A stretch of DNA of 64,000 bases from the NCBI GenBank assembly GCA_964234715.1, contig OZ174276.1; one strand, 5' to 3'. Shown here in pieces: positions 60,739-64,000 of this stretch. The stretch comes from Podarcis melisellensis. Its lineage: Eukaryota. Position 1 is the first letter of the stretch. Each line of letters opens with the position of its first letter. The position numbers and the translations under genes were made by a program. Below the pieces are notes generated by a model that saw nothing but the letters and a program-made list of their open reading frames with translations, did no database searches and was not told the origin of the DNA.

Positions 60739-61659
60739 TGATATCAAAGTGGAGTGTGGAAAAGCCATGTGGGAAATAGTAGCAATAATAATTATCTGTA
60801 AAACTTGGCACACTTAGGCATCTCCTCCCAAGGCAGATCTAAATTACTTAACTGGTGCACCACCCTCCCTCTGGCTCCTCCACCCATGCCACCAGCAACA
60901 TGGCTCCTATTTACTCTTTATCAACAAGTGGTTTCCTCAGAAACATGTTAGCTGCATTGCTGTCTGTCAGTGAGGTGGTCATTTGCCCATTTTTCATTAT
61001 GAGAGTCAGAATAATTTTCTTTTCACCACTGAACACTGACTGTAATACCGACAGACAGTGACATGTCTGCTCCACACCCATGGTGAGCATGGACTTGCAG
61101 AGAACAAGGTGGAAGAAAGTGATTTGCTATTCGTCTTAAAGGGACAAAACCATGTACAACAACAACAAAAAGGACTGGATGCAGCTAGGGAACTGGGGAA
61201 ACAATGGAACAGTTGTGTATTGCTGCAGATAACTGACCCTGATAGAGGAACTGGCTAAAAAATTGCTTTCCAGAGACACAGAGTCTGCCTTTACACTCAC
61301 CACCACTCCTTCAGAAAAAAAGCAGGGAGAGGAAGAAAAGGTTTAGAAAACAACCTTCTTTGTCGATTAAAATAGCAAAGCGCAACATGGCTCTGAAGTA
61401 TGAGAAAGCAGCTCCATAAAGCACTGTGCAGACAGTCAAAGTGGGTACAAATGTGGAATAGTATCATGCCTGTTGGTTCCACTTTGGCTTCCTTGGGCTA
61501 ACTGGAACTTATTCATGGGGCTATGCAAGTATCAAACAATGTGCATAGGCTCTAAATGTACACTCTACACCCAGCTAACAGGAAGGATACAGATTGTGTA
61601 TTCAGAGCCTTTGCACACTGGCATGCTTGCACATAGGTACATAGTCACTTTGTGACCAG

Positions 61660-61843
61660 TAGGGATGGGGGAGAAATTCTATTCAGATCCCATTTAAAGG
61701 CAAATTTACCCAATCTGCATTTTCTGAAACAATACATTAATTGAAACACAGACATCCATCAAAAATTGCACTTGGATGAATTTGCTTTGCAAACGTCTAT
61801 ATTAGGCGAAATTCACACTTAAATGCTAGTGAGTTTTCAAGAG

Positions 61844-61876
<33 letters not shown>

Positions 61877-61967
61877 ACAAACTAATGTAGAAATGTGGAG
61901 AAGTGAACTGAAGATTGGAGAAATAAAAATGGAGAGAAATGAAAACTGACAGATTTGCCCATCCCTC
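61660..61967 (-). mobile_element. AT-rich hAT MITE with TAGGGATG termini (copy 4, shorter, inverted) containing (GT)n
   Basis: tagggatggg / cccatccct termini; reverse-complement similarity to 26707; GT run at about 61846-61875. Confidence 0.8.
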
Positions 61968-63189
61968 CTATTTGATTCACACCAAACTATTTATTACAGT
62001 ATCCTAGGCAGAGATATATCACCATCACCATCTTTTCTTTATTTGTTGCAATCTGTACATGCCACCATTCTGTTTGATAGTTCCAAGACTTTGAGAAACT
62101 TGTGACTTAAGTAAATGACAGCACAATGGGTGTCTGCTCAGAAGTGAACACCCATTGAATGCACAGGGATTTATTCCTGGGTAAGTGGTATAAGAGGATG
62201 ACAGTCTGCAGCTTTCACATGCAAGGAGTCAGGACTAGGAGAAGTGGGGAGAGGACAGAGAGCTGCACCCTGGGATACATAACTGTGCAATGTGAAGTAA
62301 TGAAAGGTGTCTTCGTATGTATTCATGAGCAACAGCCTATCTGTCACTGTGATGAAAAACAGACACCCAGGGACAGACAAGAAAAGCAAACAAACAAGCT
62401 TATAAAAGTAAAAAGACCGCTTTGGTTCATATACCAGAAGTCAAGAAATACAAGCTGCTAAACCTTGTAGTGTTAAACCTTTTGCCCTCCAGCAAAATGG
62501 AGTTAAAATGACTGCCCCTTGTTGCTAGAGTTCGAAGTACCTTCAGATGGTTCAGTCAGCACAAGGAAGGAGGAGGGGCTCAAACTGAGTAACATATTTC
62601 TGGCCATTCTGTTACTGGTAGCATCAGAACTTTCTTTTTATGCTAAGAAGGAGAAGAAGGTTATGGTGTATTTGACACAAACCCCAGACACAGGAGTGAA
62701 ATATGGTTTTCAAAAAGCCCTAAAATGGTTCATCAATTAGTTTACCCTAAAACAAGCAGTGACTTTGAATTATGCCAAGGCAAAATACATGTGACGTTGA
62801 GTCCTGCATATGTTTCACATTCACACACCAAAGCAGCCACTGAAATTTGCAATGTAGATCCTAACAATACACTGGGAGAGGGGTGTTTAACTCTTCAGTG
62901 GCTATATCCCCCACCCCAACCTTCTACTGCAGGTGGCAGCTTTCTGCAGCTGCTTTCCATCACAGGGGGCAAAATAAGGGGAAGTATTCATTCTGTTGAG
63001 TGCAGCTCATAGCCTGAGCCTCAGTTTAAGCAAGCAAACTGGCAAGCTGCAGAGACAATGGAGAAATGATGCATATGCCCAAGGTACTTAGCAACAAACT
63101 GACAGAGGAGTCAACTCCTAGACCATACAGCACTGTAGTTCAGTCTGAGACACTGAACGCTCAGTGGCTGTGGTATCACACTAAGGGAA

Positions 63190-63785
63190 CTGTTAGTTTT
63201 GGTACGCTTCATGGACCAATGGGGAAAGGGAGGTGGAGGTGACTCGGCTGGCAGCTATACCTGCTGGCAGCCTTGTGGGACTCCCTATCCATCCAGCACC
63301 ATCTGCAGTACCCACTGTTTATTCATGGGAACAAGCTGTCTCTGACACAGTTCCAGTTTATGCAGATCTTTAGGGGGAAGGTGGATGGGATCAGGGCTGG
63401 CCCAGGATGATTCTGCAGATCACTCCTTTTGGAGAATGGGGGTGGGTAGCTGTGGCAGCCATTGCAGCAAGTACAGTGGTACCTCGGGTTAAGAACTTAA
63501 TTCGTTCTGGAGGTCTGTTCTTAACCTGAAACTGTTCTTAACCTGAGGTACCACTTTAGCTAATGGGGCCTCCCGCTGCCGCCGCACCTCCGTTGCACGA
63601 TTTCTGTTCTCATCCTGAAGCAAAGTTCTTAACCCTAGGTACTATTTCTGGGTTAGTGGAGTCTGTAACCTGAAGCATCTGTAACCTGAAGCGTCTGTAA
63701 CCGGAGGTACCACTGTATGAGCACATCTGAATGATGACAGTAGGTCAGTCATGCTCTAGGGCCATGACAATTTCTTAAGACTGGG
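63190..63785 (+). pseudogene. Degenerate tyrosine recombinase of a Ngaro/DIRS retrotransposon, split by a MITE
   Basis: RFMDQWGKG (63205), PLFIHGNKLSLTQFQF (63312), DHSFWRMG (63418), AAIAA, and VGQSCSRA after the MITE; same order as SKTDQxGxG..PLF.H..LT.FQF..HSFRIG..LGRW.S.A. Confidence 0.72.
63474..63715 (-). mobile_element. pogo/Tigger-like MITE, 242 bp; inverted copy of 10492-10717
   Basis: TIRs cagtggtacctcgggtta / taaccggaggtaccactg; TA TSD at 63472-63473 and 63716-63717. Confidence 0.95.
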
Positions 63786-63892
63786 GGTAGCAAAGAGGGT
63801 GTGGACGATGACCAGGTAGAATCAAGGGGACGCTATGGCCACAGCAAACACAACAGGCTTTTCTCCCCCACCCCAGCCACTCCTCCTACAGG

Positions 63893-64000
63893 ATCATCTT
63901 TTGAGCAGAGAATTGGGCAGTCAGCAACAACCTGGGTGCTAGTCATCTTGCCAACACTGGGTGGTTTGCTAAGACGGTCATGCAGTGTGATGCCTCACCT
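63893..64000 (+). pseudogene. Probable start of the Ngaro SGNH-hydrolase ORF (relic; runs off the window)
   Basis: IIF*AENWAVSNNLGASHLANTGWFAKTVMQCD resembles (GHS)IIFWA..A..LG....V.W.G.RGM.W. Confidence 0.5.

Overview
This is eukaryotic, repeat-rich, apparently non-coding DNA (gene desert or very large intron) from a squamate reptile. The L2, Squam3-like SINE, Penelope and MITE families suggest a lacertid lizard such as Podarcis or Lacerta; this is an inference from my recall of repeat families, not a database result. I found no host protein-coding gene, rRNA, intact tRNA or CRISPR array. Nearly all ORFs in the track look like chance ORFs, and the recognisable peptides are transposon relics: L2, CR1, L1 and Rex1/Babar LINEs, plus a Ngaro/DIRS tyrosine recombinase and SGNH hydrolase relic. 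The best-supported structures are a 474-bp solo LTR nested in an L2 with a 4-bp TSD, a Penelope insertion with a 13-bp TSD, an inverted end and a mutated hammerhead ribozyme, and many hAT and Tc1/mariner-type MITEs with readable TSDs. Several unique stretches look like conserved enhancers. I see no convincing new biological system; the most interesting items are unusual mobile-element architectures. Boundaries without a stated TSD are approximate.
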